DNA of 63,483 bases, taken from IMG/VR virus record IMGVR_UViG_3300034013_000310, positions 1 through 63,483 of that record, one strand, 5' to 3'. Position 1 is the first letter of the stretch. Each line of letters opens with the position of its first letter. The translations under genes and the position numbers were made by a program. The notes below the pieces were generated by a model, which ran no database searches, was not told the origin of the DNA, and saw only the letters and a program-made list of their open reading frames with translations. The DNA is from a virus. Its lineage: Duplodnaviria; Caudoviricetes. Shown here piece by piece: positions 1 through 10,354 of this stretch.

Positions 1-497
1 GTATAAATCTTGGATATATTTTTTGTCCATTTTTTAAGATTTTATTATTTACCTCTTCTTTGACTAGCATTTAAGTTCGCTCCCGATCCGGAACCACTCT
101 TAGGTTTTTCTCCTCCTAAGAGCTTTTTGGCATCTAATGTTTCCACAAATTTAACCAACTCTTTGTATTGAGCACCTGCCGCGTCTCCGCTCTCATCAGA
201 ATTTAGTTTCTTTATAAGCTTGTCTCCTTTAAATATAGAGATATTGTCTGTGATACCGGTATCGTACATTACCCTGATCTTTTCATTTTTTCCTGCCGTT
301 CTATTATATTCATCAAATAGACTTAATATTTTTTTAGCAGTATCTTTTGAGCTTTTGTCTGAGAAATCATCAGGAGAGATGTTACTGTCTTTAATCTTCT
401 GACTCACCTCCGTTTTTAAGTTTCTTTCATATCCTTTAGCTTGAGCTTTTGTATTTACCTTCGCACCAGGCTTATTAAGTCTAATCAACTCTTTATC
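1..497. repeat. Terminal redundancy copy 1 (circular-assembly overlap; allele A)
   Basis: 1-77 is identical to 62987-63063 and 421-497 is identical to 63407-63483; the 343 nt between are colinear but diverged. Confidence 0.9.
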
Positions 498-1919
498 TAT
501 AACATCAGAATTTAATCCCTTAACATTTAAAGCAGACTCAATCTGTCTTTGTAACTCTAAAGGATTCTGTAATTTTCCATTAACATCATATTTGAATGTA
601 ACTTTTTCTCCACCAGAGTTGGTTATAGTGATACCCTCATCCGTTCTTTCTATTTGTGGTTTAGTATCGACATCAAGAAGGTCAAATAAGGATTGGAAGT
701 ATTTAACTGAGTTTTCCGCATCTACATCATTTCCTGCTGTCACATTAAACAATTGTCTTGCAAATGCTTTTGCTTCTTGAGCCTCTTTCTCTTCATCAAT
801 CTCTGATTGTGTTTTGGCTCTTGGTTCATTAAGACTTAATTGAGAAGTAGTTTTAATATCAATCTTTCTATCCATTTTGGATAAGATGTCTTTTCTCATC
901 CACTCTGAAGCCTCTTTGAATTGAGCATCGTAGTGTGGCGCATCTGTATCCATAATAGGCTGAGTAGTGCTTGGATCGATTTTTAGCAATATTTTACTAG
1001 GATCTTTTCTAGCCTCCTCTCTATCGTACGTGAAAGATGATGAGTTATATTTTCCTGTGTCTTGAGCCAATACTGATGTCAGATTATACGGATTGCTAAG
1101 ACTGGCTTTTATTTGTCCATCTATAGCTTCGTTTGTGGCATCTATAACTCCTTTAAAGGTCTCGTATTGAGTACCCATAGCTTCGATGCCAAGGAAATTT
1201 GTTATGGTACCGGCGCCGGATGTGGTAGCCGCTTTATATAAAGCACCTTCTTTAACTCCTAAAGAGTCAGCTATTCTTGTGGTAGCTGCATCTGTTTTGA
1301 ACTTTTTAGGTCGGCTCATAATTTTGCCCTCAATCACATTTACCGGAGCCATGTTTTTAGATAGTACCTTCATCGGTTTTCCATCTATAATCTTATTCTC
1401 ATACAAGGCCATTCCTATCTTTCCATCTCCGAGACTGTCAATAGTGGCTTTGGAGTTATTGAAGTCAGCATATCCCTCGACAGATTTCATATTAAAAAAT
1501 GTCAACTCAGACTGTATCTCGTCGGCATCTATTTCGTCCATTATTTTTTGAGCATTCTCTTGATACAGTTTTTGAAGATTATATAAACGCTTTGTCCCAT
1601 CTATATAGTTGTTTCTCCTTAGCATATAGGTGTTTAAGTCCATCTGCCCTGATTTAAGTAGCTTTTCATCAATCATCGCCTGCTTCATCATGTCACTCGT
1701 AAAGTTGTTTGTGAAGTTATTAGCGTCCTGATTGATTCCTTGAGGAGCATTGTTTAGTGTTTCCATAAACTCCCTTGTAGCGGTGTCTATAGCTGCTTTT
1801 TCCTCTTTTCTTCTTTTATCGTTCTCTAATATTACATTAGAGACTTGTTGACCAATCTCAAACCAATTGAGCGTGGTATCTACATCTCTTTCCTTGTATC
1901 CGTAAAACGTCTTTGCCAT
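45..1919 (-). CDS. Probable internal virion/DNA-ejection protein (624 aa)
   Basis: Long helical, charged ORF between a 260-aa Ala/Gln-rich ORF and (circularly) the 2546-aa giant; this matches podovirus ejection-protein gene order. Confidence 0.55.
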   Translation of the reverse strand: MAKTFYGYKERDVDTTLNWFEIGQQVSNVILENDKRRKEEKAAIDTATREFMETLNNAPQGINQDANNFTNNFTSDMMKQAMIDEKLLKSGQMDLNTYMLRRNNYIDGTKRLYNLQKLYQENAQKIMDEIDADEIQSELTFFNMKSVEGYADFNNSKATIDSLGDGKIGMALYENKIIDGKPMKVLSKNMAPVNVIEGKIMSRPKKFKTDAATTRIADSLGVKEGALYKAATTSGAGTITNFLGIEAMGTQYETFKGVIDATNEAIDGQIKASLSNPYNLTSVLAQDTGKYNSSSFTYDREEARKDPSKILLKIDPSTTQPIMDTDAPHYDAQFKEASEWMRKDILSKMDRKIDIKTTSQLSLNEPRAKTQSEIDEEKEAQEAKAFARQLFNVTAGNDVDAENSVKYFQSLFDLLDVDTKPQIERTDEGITITNSGGEKVTFKYDVNGKLQNPLELQRQIESALNVKGLNSDVIDKELIRLNKPGAKVNTKAQAKGYERNLKTEVSQKIKDSNISPDDFSDKSSKDTAKKILSLFDEYNRTAGKNEKIRVMYDTGITDNISIFKGDKLIKKLNSDESGDAAGAQYKELVKFVETLDAKKLLGGEKPKSGSGSGANLNASQRRGK

Positions 1920-1931
1920 TATTGTATATTA

Positions 1932-2714
1932 TTAAAAAGCAAAAGGATTATAATTCTCTGCCGATTTAGAATATTCTTGTAATAATTGTGATTGTTTTGG
2001 AGTTAACCCTCTTCTGAATTTTCTAAAATCTTTCTTATTCATACCTTTTATTTTGTCGAAATCTAAAGATTCGCTTGTGCCTGGAGTTTTTCCTAATGAG
2101 TCAAATTTTTCAAACTGTCCTTGATTCAATTGCATGTCAGACAGCGTGGATTGTTCTAAATCATTTTTTCCAAACAAAGACAAAGCTCCAAGCCCTTGTT
2201 CCAGTGTGCTTATAGCTCCAGATATTCCCTCTGCTTGAGCTTCTGCCGCTCTTTGCTCTGCCTCTCTTGCTGCGAGTTGAGCGCCTTCTGCTTCTCCTAA
2301 ATCAAGCTGAACATTCAAATCTCTTAGTCTTGAATCTTCATCAGCTATCTTCTGTTCGATATCCATCATCTCTTTACCCATTTGAGACCTAATATCTGCT
2401 TGAGCTTGGTTTTGAGCCATTTGTATTTTTCCAGCTGTAGCTTCTGCGCCTCTGTCGCTTTCTTGACCGGCTTGAAGAGCTAATGCTCCTTGAGAAAGCA
2501 TAGCTTCTCTTTGTAGTTCGTATGGTTCTTTTTGAATAGATAAATTCTCCATGTAATTTACACCGAGTCTTTGTCTTGCTGCTTCCATCGCTTGTTTTGC
2601 TGCGACTTCAGCTTTTCTTTGCTCTCTTTTTTGTTTGTCTGCTTGTAAAAAAGACATACCGGTAGAAAGTGCTGTCGATCCTAATGATATAGCGGCTGCT
2701 GTTCCTATTGCCAT
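1932..2714 (-). CDS. Probable internal virion (ejection) protein, 260 aa
   Basis: Hydrophobic Gly/Ala N-terminus (MAIGTAAAISLG) followed by an Ala/Gln coiled coil; first position in the ejection block. Confidence 0.55.
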   Translation of the reverse strand: MAIGTAAAISLGSTALSTGMSFLQADKQKREQRKAEVAAKQAMEAARQRLGVNYMENLSIQKEPYELQREAMLSQGALALQAGQESDRGAEATAGKIQMAQNQAQADIRSQMGKEMMDIEQKIADEDSRLRDLNVQLDLGEAEGAQLAAREAEQRAAEAQAEGISGAISTLEQGLGALSLFGKNDLEQSTLSDMQLNQGQFEKFDSLGKTPGTSESLDFDKIKGMNKKDFRKFRRGLTPKQSQLLQEYSKSAENYNPFAF

Positions 2715-2715
2715 G

Positions 2716-3120
2716 TTATAATAGTTTTATCATTTCACTTGTGTATGATTCGCTTTTGATGTATCCAAGCTCTTCGTACACCTTTATTAAACTTTGGTTC
2801 TTTATAAGAGCGTAGGCATATTTACTGCCTGATTGCTCACTGATATTTGTAAGGGAATCCACAAGCATAGTCAATGCTTTTTTTCTTTCTCCTCTATACT
2901 CTTTATTCGATATTATCCAATCTACCCAAGAAACTCTTGAGTTTGTCAAATACACAAATCCTGCACATACAGGAGTGTCTCCATCAAAAACAATCAAACC
3001 TCCGGTACCATCTCCGGGAAGAAAATCTCTTGTTGGAGCCTCCCAACCCCATTGTTTCCACCACTCAACAAGAATATCTGAGTAGTCATTTTCGTTAAGA
3101 AGTCTGATTTTGAATTCCAT
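2716..3120 (-). CDS. GNAT-fold protein (virion assembly gene position)
   Basis: IRLLNENDY N-terminus, GLIVFDGDTPVCAGF strand, YEELGY C-terminal motif. Confidence 0.6.
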   Translation of the reverse strand: MEFKIRLLNENDYSDILVEWWKQWGWEAPTRDFLPGDGTGGLIVFDGDTPVCAGFVYLTNSRVSWVDWIISNKEYRGERKKALTMLVDSLTNISEQSGSKYAYALIKNQSLIKVYEELGYIKSESYTSEMIKLL

Positions 3121-3141
3121 ATTGACACAAAGATATTAAAT

Positions 3142-3957
3142 TTAAGGGAAACTTTTCATTACACTTGACTCAACTGCGAATAATTCTACTTTACTAGAAG
3201 ATTGATTCGTAAGAACAAATGTACAATAATGTCCTAAAACTCCATGAGACTCTGCTACTGAGTTCTTAATGAAGAAAAAGAAGTTCACATCACTTGGTAT
3301 TGGAGTAGTTAGAGGAGTAAGCATATTGTTGTTTACTACTATTTGATTTACACCATTTGGATAATCTACATTCACCGCCAATACTTGACCGGCAAACTGA
3401 GGAATGGGATGTCCAAAATATAAATAGTCACCTACACTGATAATATTCCCTATTGCAACAAGTGGATTTATACTAAAGTTTACCTCGGCAGAGTTTGTTC
3501 CTGCGTTGTCTACAGTTAAGCTATTTCCTATACCATTCAAACTCCTTAAAACTCTTTCTCCGTTTGAGTTATTTCTAACAAACGCATAATAAGACGCTTC
3601 TTTTAACTCAAACCAATTAGCTAAAATGTATCCGGAGTTTTGTAGGTCGGTTTCTAATGTTACGCCCCAAGCTGCATCACCCTCTAAATTTATGGTTTTG
3701 AATAACTTATTCTCAAGTGGAGATGTATTAAACACACTTGTCAATGTAGATGGTTTAAATGCCATGGTCGGTTGCATCATCTTATTCCACCAATCTTGAT
3801 AAAATGTATTCCTTGAGTCGTTCACATTGTGTCGGTATAAATCACCTCCTTTGAATGTGTAGAAATAGTTGTTCATCCCTATCATCCAATCGGGATCGAA
3901 AGAGTAAAATGACACCCAACCTTGAACAGACTCGCTATATGATAATGTGTATTCCAT
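3142..3957 (-). CDS. Tail/nozzle-associated structural protein
   Basis: TLSYSE..GWVSFYSF.P motif recalled from the C-terminal part of Bacteroidota podovirus stabilisation proteins; start moved to the MEYTLSY ATG to remove the overlap. Confidence 0.5.
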   Translation of the reverse strand: MEYTLSYSESVQGWVSFYSFDPDWMIGMNNYFYTFKGGDLYRHNVNDSRNTFYQDWWNKMMQPTMAFKPSTLTSVFNTSPLENKLFKTINLEGDAAWGVTLETDLQNSGYILANWFELKEASYYAFVRNNSNGERVLRSLNGIGNSLTVDNAGTNSAEVNFSINPLVAIGNIISVGDYLYFGHPIPQFAGQVLAVNVDYPNGVNQIVVNNNMLTPLTTPIPSDVNFFFFIKNSVAESHGVLGHYCTFVLTNQSSSKVELFAVESSVMKSFP

Positions 3958-3958
3958 G

Positions 3959-4432
3959 TTATACTCCAGAAGGACATGCGCCTCCAATTACAGTTATTAC
4001 TCCGTTTGAATCTATTTGGCATATATACTCGTATCCAGTAAAGCATATCCCTATATAAGCCTTGTAGAATTTGTTTCCCCCATTAAACCTATCTGTTATG
4101 TCATTGGTGTTACAAGCTATGTTTCCTGTTTCTATAATACAAGAGTCATTGCCAAAAACGTAAAACAGCTCGGTTGCATTTAAGTCTTCGCACAAAGTAC
4201 CCGGATTTGTAGTTTGACCAGGATCACTTCTGTAAGCAAGCTCTAATGGAGGACAATCTACTCCATCACAGTTTTGAGCCTCTAAAAGAACACCTCCTGA
4301 TTGTTCTCTAGCTATAGCCCCTTCTCTATAAAATCCGTCCGGGGCTAAAATCGATAAAGAAATGTCTAGATACACAGCAGTAGCTGATGCTAGATTTGCT
4401 GCGTCTAAATAATATATAGCTGTTGTTGCCAT
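3959..4432 (-). CDS. Cys-rich structural protein, paralogous to the C-terminal domain of the 1659-aa protein
   Basis: Shared YYLDA..AT.V..DI, AP.GFY, RSDPG, IACN.NDI.D.F.GG.K.YK motifs. Confidence 0.7.
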   Translation of the reverse strand: MATTAIYYLDAANLASATAVYLDISLSILAPDGFYREGAIAREQSGGVLLEAQNCDGVDCPPLELAYRSDPGQTTNPGTLCEDLNATELFYVFGNDSCIIETGNIACNTNDITDRFNGGNKFYKAYIGICFTGYEYICQIDSNGVITVIGGACPSGV

Positions 4433-4446
4433 TCTATTTTATTGTT

Positions 4447-7400
4447 TTATATTTCTGTACATAATCCGATAATAAATATCTCCCCTCCATTTCGTATTTC
4501 ACAAATATGAATATCCGTTGTCGGGTTGGCTCCATTTAATAGTACTTTGTAGTACTTGCCTCCACCATCAAAAGTATCATTGATATCATTTGAATTACAC
4601 GCAATATCACCATCTGAAATATAAGGGAATGGTTGACTGGTAGATATCCAAACATTCACAAGGAGGTCTTCTATACAGACACTCACAGGAGAGTCTAGTC
4701 CGGGATCACTTCTAAGTCCTTTAGTAAGATTTCCACAAACACAACAAACATCTTCTACACTAGGACCAAAACACAAGGACACCTCTGTCACGCAGGTAGG
4801 ACATATTTGTTGTGGAAGCAACACGCCGTCTACCAACTCTCTAACTATCCCCGATTGAGAATAGAATCCATTTGGAGCAAAATTAGTTAAGTTGATATCC
4901 GTAAACACAGATGTTGCGTCTTCGAAAGGTGCGTCTAAGTAATAACTTCCATTTTCGCAATCACAACAAGCTAATTCATAGGTTTCAGAATAGCATAAGT
5001 CTACTAAATCAGCATCTCTAAAGTCCCATATCAAATATAGGTACTCTCCATTAGAGCTAGCCGGAACAGTAAAGTCTGAATAGAATACAGGACTCGCTCC
5101 GGATATAGGAGTAGCTGTTGTTGCCGCAGCCAATAAAGCTTGTATGTCTGTATCATTATTAGCATAAAGCGTAGACGATCTTAGATACTTGAACTTGTCT
5201 TGTGCTACATCAAAGTTATAGGTATCAGGAACGATTTTATTCGAATACATTCTCATAGTGCTTGACTCAGGAGGGAATCCTCCAAGACCAACGCTTCCAG
5301 TTGTGGCATTATATCTAGACACGAAAGGAACACCTGGGCCATCTCCGAATACCACCAACTCTGACAATAACGGCCCTGTGTAAGTTCCATCTGTGTATCG
5401 GTGCTGTATGTGTATGGTTTCGCCTTCTTCCGCTGTGTTTGTCAATACTACTTCTATTATCGTAATAGACTCTGTATTAACGCATTTTGCTATAACAGAC
5501 ACAATCATATCACCGGTAGCCTCCAATGTAATGTAAGCCACTTCATCGGTGATTAAGTCCTTGTCGAATGATATACTTCCATTTTCATCAACCGGGCCTG
5601 ATGATGTTGTAATGTTATTGTATTCAACACCAATGTCAAGCGTAGCTCCTTCGTCTATACTTGTAAATACCCACTCTATCTCAGATGTTCCAATATATGG
5701 TCCAAGATTTACACAGTACCTTTTTATGGTAGAGTTTTCTGGAGTTGCAGAGATGGTAAACGTTTGTGTTATACCGCAATTTAAGCACTGAGGATTTAAA
5801 GGTAGAAGTATGTCGTTTGTTGTTAAAACATACTCGTTCATATAAGGATCAAACCCTCCCAGTTTTTGAGTATTGAAAGACGAATTGAACACATCTCTAA
5901 ACCAAGTTCTCATTCCGCTCTCAGACACAACAACAAGTTGTTCGTTTTGGAATGAGTTACCTTTTAGTTGAATAACCGCACCTCTCTTCGCGTCAGTAAA
6001 GTACCTGTCGTATCCCCATTGAACATAGCTCTCGGGATTAAAACTTATACCGTACTTTTCAGGTCTTGCTATTTGAGTTCCTAAAACCTCCGGTGTAGCT
6101 GTAATAACATTGCCGGCACTTGCATCTGACAATAAATTTTTACCGGCTAAAACATAAGATATTTTATCCTCTTGTAAAACGAGAACGTCTGTCTCTCTTC
6201 CATCGAGAAGAGATATTTCTCCAAACGAAACTTCGCAGTTTTTGTAATTAGAAAGTCCTTTGTTGAACTCATTAAGTCTATTTACGTTTGACTCTAAATT
6301 ATAGTTACCGCTATACGTGATGTCAGCGAATCTATCGGCCTCTCTGTAGTCTTGTTCAGAAACAGTAGTAACTCTTTCTCCAAGATTAAAAGTCTTTCCA
6401 ATTATAGAGTCTCTTATTTTGTAGCTTTCTGCGCCATTACCAAAAGAGAAACAGTTAAAGAATCCGGTATCGATAATAGCCGGAGTACTTGTGGATATGT
6501 TTTGATCTTGAACATTACCCAAATGGTTTCCACTGTCGTCTATACCAAATGACAAATTGTTCTCAAAGAACACATCCGGCAACGCGTCTTGTGGCTCTGT
6601 CTCGAAGACAACTAAACTTACAGCTCTAAATATCTCAATATCAGCTTTTACACAATACTTTCTTGAGTTTGGATAACCTGTTCCGGTACAACTTTTACCG
6701 GTAGTCATCTGTAATATACGCTGATTTGTAGTAGGATTTCTGTAAAATCTAAGTCTATTTTTAGAGAATGAATAATATTCTGGACATGGAGGATTTGGAA
6801 ACACACAACTAGAGTAGTCAGGTATTAATCCATTTGTCGCTATATATTCTAATTCAGTATCGCCATCCTTAGATACACCGGTGTCAAGTAGAGCATTTAT
6901 ATTATCTCCATTCCACCAATCCTCAAAGTTGTCATAATCAGAAGAAGATGTTAGTCTTCTCTCAAAAAGATAACCTCTTCTCTCGCATGAATTACCTACA
7001 CCACTTCTGTTCCAGTCAATCTTAATATTTATGATACTACCCGCCGGTATTGAAAAGTCTTCATATTCCCATGTAGGGTTTAACGGATCAAATCCTACGG
7101 TTCTTTTTAGGTTTACCGTATAGTCTAGCTTTCTGTAAGTACCTCCTCTTGGAGCGCATTTTCTATGCTCGCCTAAAGCTATAACTGCATCAGGATCCAG
7201 TACAGCAGCAAAGCTCGTTGGATTTATTCTAATGTATACTCCTCCGGGAACTACAACATCCTCAAATGGCTCTATAAAACCTGCTGCCTTAGCTTCTTTC
7301 TCTAAAACGGTAGCGTATGCACAATTGTCTTTCGGCCCATCAGTGTCAGACTTCACTATAAGTCTATCTCCAACTTGAACCTTTTTTGTGTTCTCTCCTT

Positions 7401-9426
7401 CCAAATAAAACCACATTGAATTTGTATTAGGATCGGTAAAGAATAAATTGGTGTAGATGGTGTCATAGTTCTCCTCATCAGGCTTTATGACAAACTTGTA
7501 TCTCTTAGCCCAATACGGAGCTTTCTGTGTAGGAGGTATAACTACTTGTATTGAATTTTTATTCGCGGAAAACCCACAAGGTACATGAACCGTGTTGTTC
7601 TCACTCACAAGCGCTGTTGTTGAGCGATTAAAGTCATCCATATAAACTATACCTATCTCATAACCTCTATTACTATGTAAGCTTCTTGGATTTCCTATCT
7701 CTTGGAATATTACATCTGCAAATATAACAGTGTAGTACTCAAACACATAGCCTGTTGGTGCAGAAGGATTATCCACATATTTCATGGCGCAAAACTGCAA
7801 TCCAATCTCTGTGCTTGATGGACTCGTTATAATTGCTATCGGTTGGTCTATCGCTGTTATACCACTACCTACTTTTTGAAGTGATCCTAAGTTGTTTGGT
7901 AGTAAACAGTTAACTGTATCCGTGAATGTTATACCATCACAAGATGTTTCTGCTCCCGGAGTTGGATCGTACACCGGAAGTATTGTCGCGGCAGTTCCAA
8001 CAGCTTCCTGAAACTCAATGCTTGTTGCCATTTCATAAACAGAGCTATAATCTCTATTTAAGAAAAAGTCAAAAGACAATTCGTTGTTATCTGTTTCCTC
8101 TGAAGGGAATGGTAATGTTCCGGTAAATGAACTGTGGGTTATCGTTACGTTTACACTAACAAATGAGCCAGCCTTTAAGTCAACTCCTGCCAAATCAAAG
8201 TATACTATTGAATCATCTATTGTTTCGGCGCCATCTATCGTGTATTCTCCATTACCTAAAGCATCCGGTATATTTATTGAGCCTATCTCTTCTGTTATCA
8301 AATTAGCTTCGTACTCAAGTATAACCGATTGACCATTTACATCAACCATATCGTATCCTTCGACATAGTTTCCGTACAATAATCTATTACCCATTATGGT
8401 TTGAGCTTTCGCGAACAATGGTACGTTGTCATACAATCTCAATATTTCAGCCTCGTTAAGTACGGTGAATATTTTGCTATTGTTGAAACTATATTGGTAA
8501 TCAGTGTCATCAGCAAGACCGGCGTTAGCCTTGTCTATTTTCTCTATAACCTTGATTATGTTGCTGTTAGATTCTTTGAATAATAAGTCTATACCAACTA
8601 CTAATGGGCCGCCTGAATTGTATGTAATCAATGCTGTATTTCCGAAGTTTTGCATTCCATCATTCAGCATGCTGTTTACATCAAACTCAAAAGGTCTTGG
8701 AATAAAAGCAATGTCAGACCACTGAGATGTGGCTGAATATTGTCCATTCTCGTACTCGTATCTGTAAGCGAAAGAAATAAATCTATCCTCTAAAAAATTC
8801 TCTTGGCCGCTAGTCGTTATGAGCTCTACAGTCGGAGACTCAGTAGGAGGTCTCTTAATAACCATAACAGACTCATAGCTGAATTGGTCTACATCAGCAA
8901 TAGGGTTAGCATAGTTCTTCTTTACATCTATACATCTCGGAGGATTGTAGTCATCGGTAAAGAAAAGTTGATTCTCAATCAAGCTAACACCGGTTATTAA
9001 ATAGTTAGGATTGAAGTTTAGAGTGGTATTTGCATTGTCACCATCATTTATACTAACAACGTGATACTTTAATAGTCCGGTAAATACATTGAATGAAACT
9101 ATTAAGTCCAACAGACCGGTGGCGTTAGCTCCAAGTGTAGTACTCTCAAAGGATGGATCGTGAACAAACCAATAAATAGTCTCGTTGGCGCTGTCATCTA
9201 TAGCTCCTATACATCTAGCATTAACACTAAGAGTTGTGCCATCTATATAGCATAACTGAGTCAGAGATGAATTACCTTTAGTGTTCTCTATAACTCCTAT
9301 CTCAGAGTCTTCGGTAGAACCCATTCTCACGTTCATAGCATCAACGTATTCACCTTCAGGTAGAATTCGTTGGTCGACAACCTTATTCATCCTTCCGGAT
9401 ATAAAGTTTCTTGTGATGTTAGCCAT
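4447..9426 (-). CDS. Tail nozzle/stabilisation protein (1659 aa)
   Basis: N-terminal F..GRMNK..DQR.LP.GEY.DA.N motif, beta-rich body, FTD..N.PR.I and GNRL.YGNY motifs; follows the adaptor genes. Confidence 0.7.
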   Translation of the reverse strand: MANITRNFISGRMNKVVDQRILPEGEYVDAMNVRMGSTEDSEIGVIENTKGNSSLTQLCYIDGTTLSVNARCIGAIDDSANETIYWFVHDPSFESTTLGANATGLLDLIVSFNVFTGLLKYHVVSINDGDNANTTLNFNPNYLITGVSLIENQLFFTDDYNPPRCIDVKKNYANPIADVDQFSYESVMVIKRPPTESPTVELITTSGQENFLEDRFISFAYRYEYENGQYSATSQWSDIAFIPRPFEFDVNSMLNDGMQNFGNTALITYNSGGPLVVGIDLLFKESNSNIIKVIEKIDKANAGLADDTDYQYSFNNSKIFTVLNEAEILRLYDNVPLFAKAQTIMGNRLLYGNYVEGYDMVDVNGQSVILEYEANLITEEIGSINIPDALGNGEYTIDGAETIDDSIVYFDLAGVDLKAGSFVSVNVTITHSSFTGTLPFPSEETDNNELSFDFFLNRDYSSVYEMATSIEFQEAVGTAATILPVYDPTPGAETSCDGITFTDTVNCLLPNNLGSLQKVGSGITAIDQPIAIITSPSSTEIGLQFCAMKYVDNPSAPTGYVFEYYTVIFADVIFQEIGNPRSLHSNRGYEIGIVYMDDFNRSTTALVSENNTVHVPCGFSANKNSIQVVIPPTQKAPYWAKRYKFVIKPDEENYDTIYTNLFFTDPNTNSMWFYLEGENTKKVQVGDRLIVKSDTDGPKDNCAYATVLEKEAKAAGFIEPFEDVVVPGGVYIRINPTSFAAVLDPDAVIALGEHRKCAPRGGTYRKLDYTVNLKRTVGFDPLNPTWEYEDFSIPAGSIINIKIDWNRSGVGNSCERRGYLFERRLTSSSDYDNFEDWWNGDNINALLDTGVSKDGDTELEYIATNGLIPDYSSCVFPNPPCPEYYSFSKNRLRFYRNPTTNQRILQMTTGKSCTGTGYPNSRKYCVKADIEIFRAVSLVVFETEPQDALPDVFFENNLSFGIDDSGNHLGNVQDQNISTSTPAIIDTGFFNCFSFGNGAESYKIRDSIIGKTFNLGERVTTVSEQDYREADRFADITYSGNYNLESNVNRLNEFNKGLSNYKNCEVSFGEISLLDGRETDVLVLQEDKISYVLAGKNLLSDASAGNVITATPEVLGTQIARPEKYGISFNPESYVQWGYDRYFTDAKRGAVIQLKGNSFQNEQLVVVSESGMRTWFRDVFNSSFNTQKLGGFDPYMNEYVLTTNDILLPLNPQCLNCGITQTFTISATPENSTIKRYCVNLGPYIGTSEIEWVFTSIDEGATLDIGVEYNNITTSSGPVDENGSISFDKDLITDEVAYITLEATGDMIVSVIAKCVNTESITIIEVVLTNTAEEGETIHIQHRYTDGTYTGPLLSELVVFGDGPGVPFVSRYNATTGSVGLGGFPPESSTMRMYSNKIVPDTYNFDVAQDKFKYLRSSTLYANNDTDIQALLAAATTATPISGASPVFYSDFTVPASSNGEYLYLIWDFRDADLVDLCYSETYELACCDCENGSYYLDAPFEDATSVFTDINLTNFAPNGFYSQSGIVRELVDGVLLPQQICPTCVTEVSLCFGPSVEDVCCVCGNLTKGLRSDPGLDSPVSVCIEDLLVNVWISTSQPFPYISDGDIACNSNDINDTFDGGGKYYKVLLNGANPTTDIHICEIRNGGEIFIIGLCTEI

Positions 9427-9427
9427 A

Positions 9428-10351
9428 TTATTTTATTGTCTTATCCATTCCTCTTAAATTCATTAAGAGTCTTCCTGGATGAATGTTACTGATTCTTATT
9501 TTAGCATTTCTAAGTAGAGCTGTTCTTTCTTTTCTCGCTCTATTGACAATGTACTCTTGAACTCCAAATTTAGAGTTTAGTATCTCATACTTTATAGCAG
9601 CATAAACATACTGCTCAAAAAGCTTATTCACTGTAATCAAAGAGTCGTTACCGCCTTCCATTCCATCACTTATGTATTCTAAAATACAAAGCTCTCCGGA
9701 CATTCCCGAGTCAAAGTTTATCACGCCGGCTTTATTATCTATTCTGAAAGTAGGGTTAAAGTTAGCGGTCTCTGTATTAAGACCGTATCTCGCACCTATA
9801 CCATAGTCAAAATACCAACACCCATCAACACACCATCCTTCTTCACCATCAAACTGATGGCCTTGGTTTAAGTATATACTTTTCTTGGTCTTTTTCAGTC
9901 TGTCGTAGTCTATACCGGAATACTGAGGTCTCAAGATATTTCCATCTTGGTCAAATAGAATGTTTCCTTGCTGATCTTGAAGATACGCATTAGAGGATAA
10001 AGTCTGAATGTTCTCTGTAAGAGGTCTTAATAAACCATCTTTATATAAAGAAATCCTAACCCAATTTACATAGTCAGGAGGTAAAACAAATCTAAGTGTT
10101 TCAGTAACGCTCAACTCTAAAACCTTTACCTCTTTAAATGCGTCATAATTAAGCTCTTGCACAGCTCTTTTAGCATGAAACAAAACCTTATACCTCTCTT
10201 CGTTGTTTATCAAAGAGTGGTTTCCGGTATGCATCAACATGAAGTTGTTGACTATATCTTCAAGGCTGACATATTGATAAGAACCCCAATTGGCGTTCTC
10301 AGGAGAATTTCCTGAATTCTCATAATACTGATATTCTGATAAGTATGCCAT
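9428..10351 (-). CDS. Tail adaptor/tubular-type structural protein
   Basis: LPPDYVNWVRI motif; lies between capsid and nozzle genes. Confidence 0.6.
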   Translation of the reverse strand: MAYLSEYQYYENSGNSPENANWGSYQYVSLEDIVNNFMLMHTGNHSLINNEERYKVLFHAKRAVQELNYDAFKEVKVLELSVTETLRFVLPPDYVNWVRISLYKDGLLRPLTENIQTLSSNAYLQDQQGNILFDQDGNILRPQYSGIDYDRLKKTKKSIYLNQGHQFDGEEGWCVDGCWYFDYGIGARYGLNTETANFNPTFRIDNKAGVINFDSGMSGELCILEYISDGMEGGNDSLITVNKLFEQYVYAAIKYEILNSKFGVQEYIVNRARKERTALLRNAKIRISNIHPGRLLMNLRGMDKTIK

Positions 10352-10354
10352 TTA

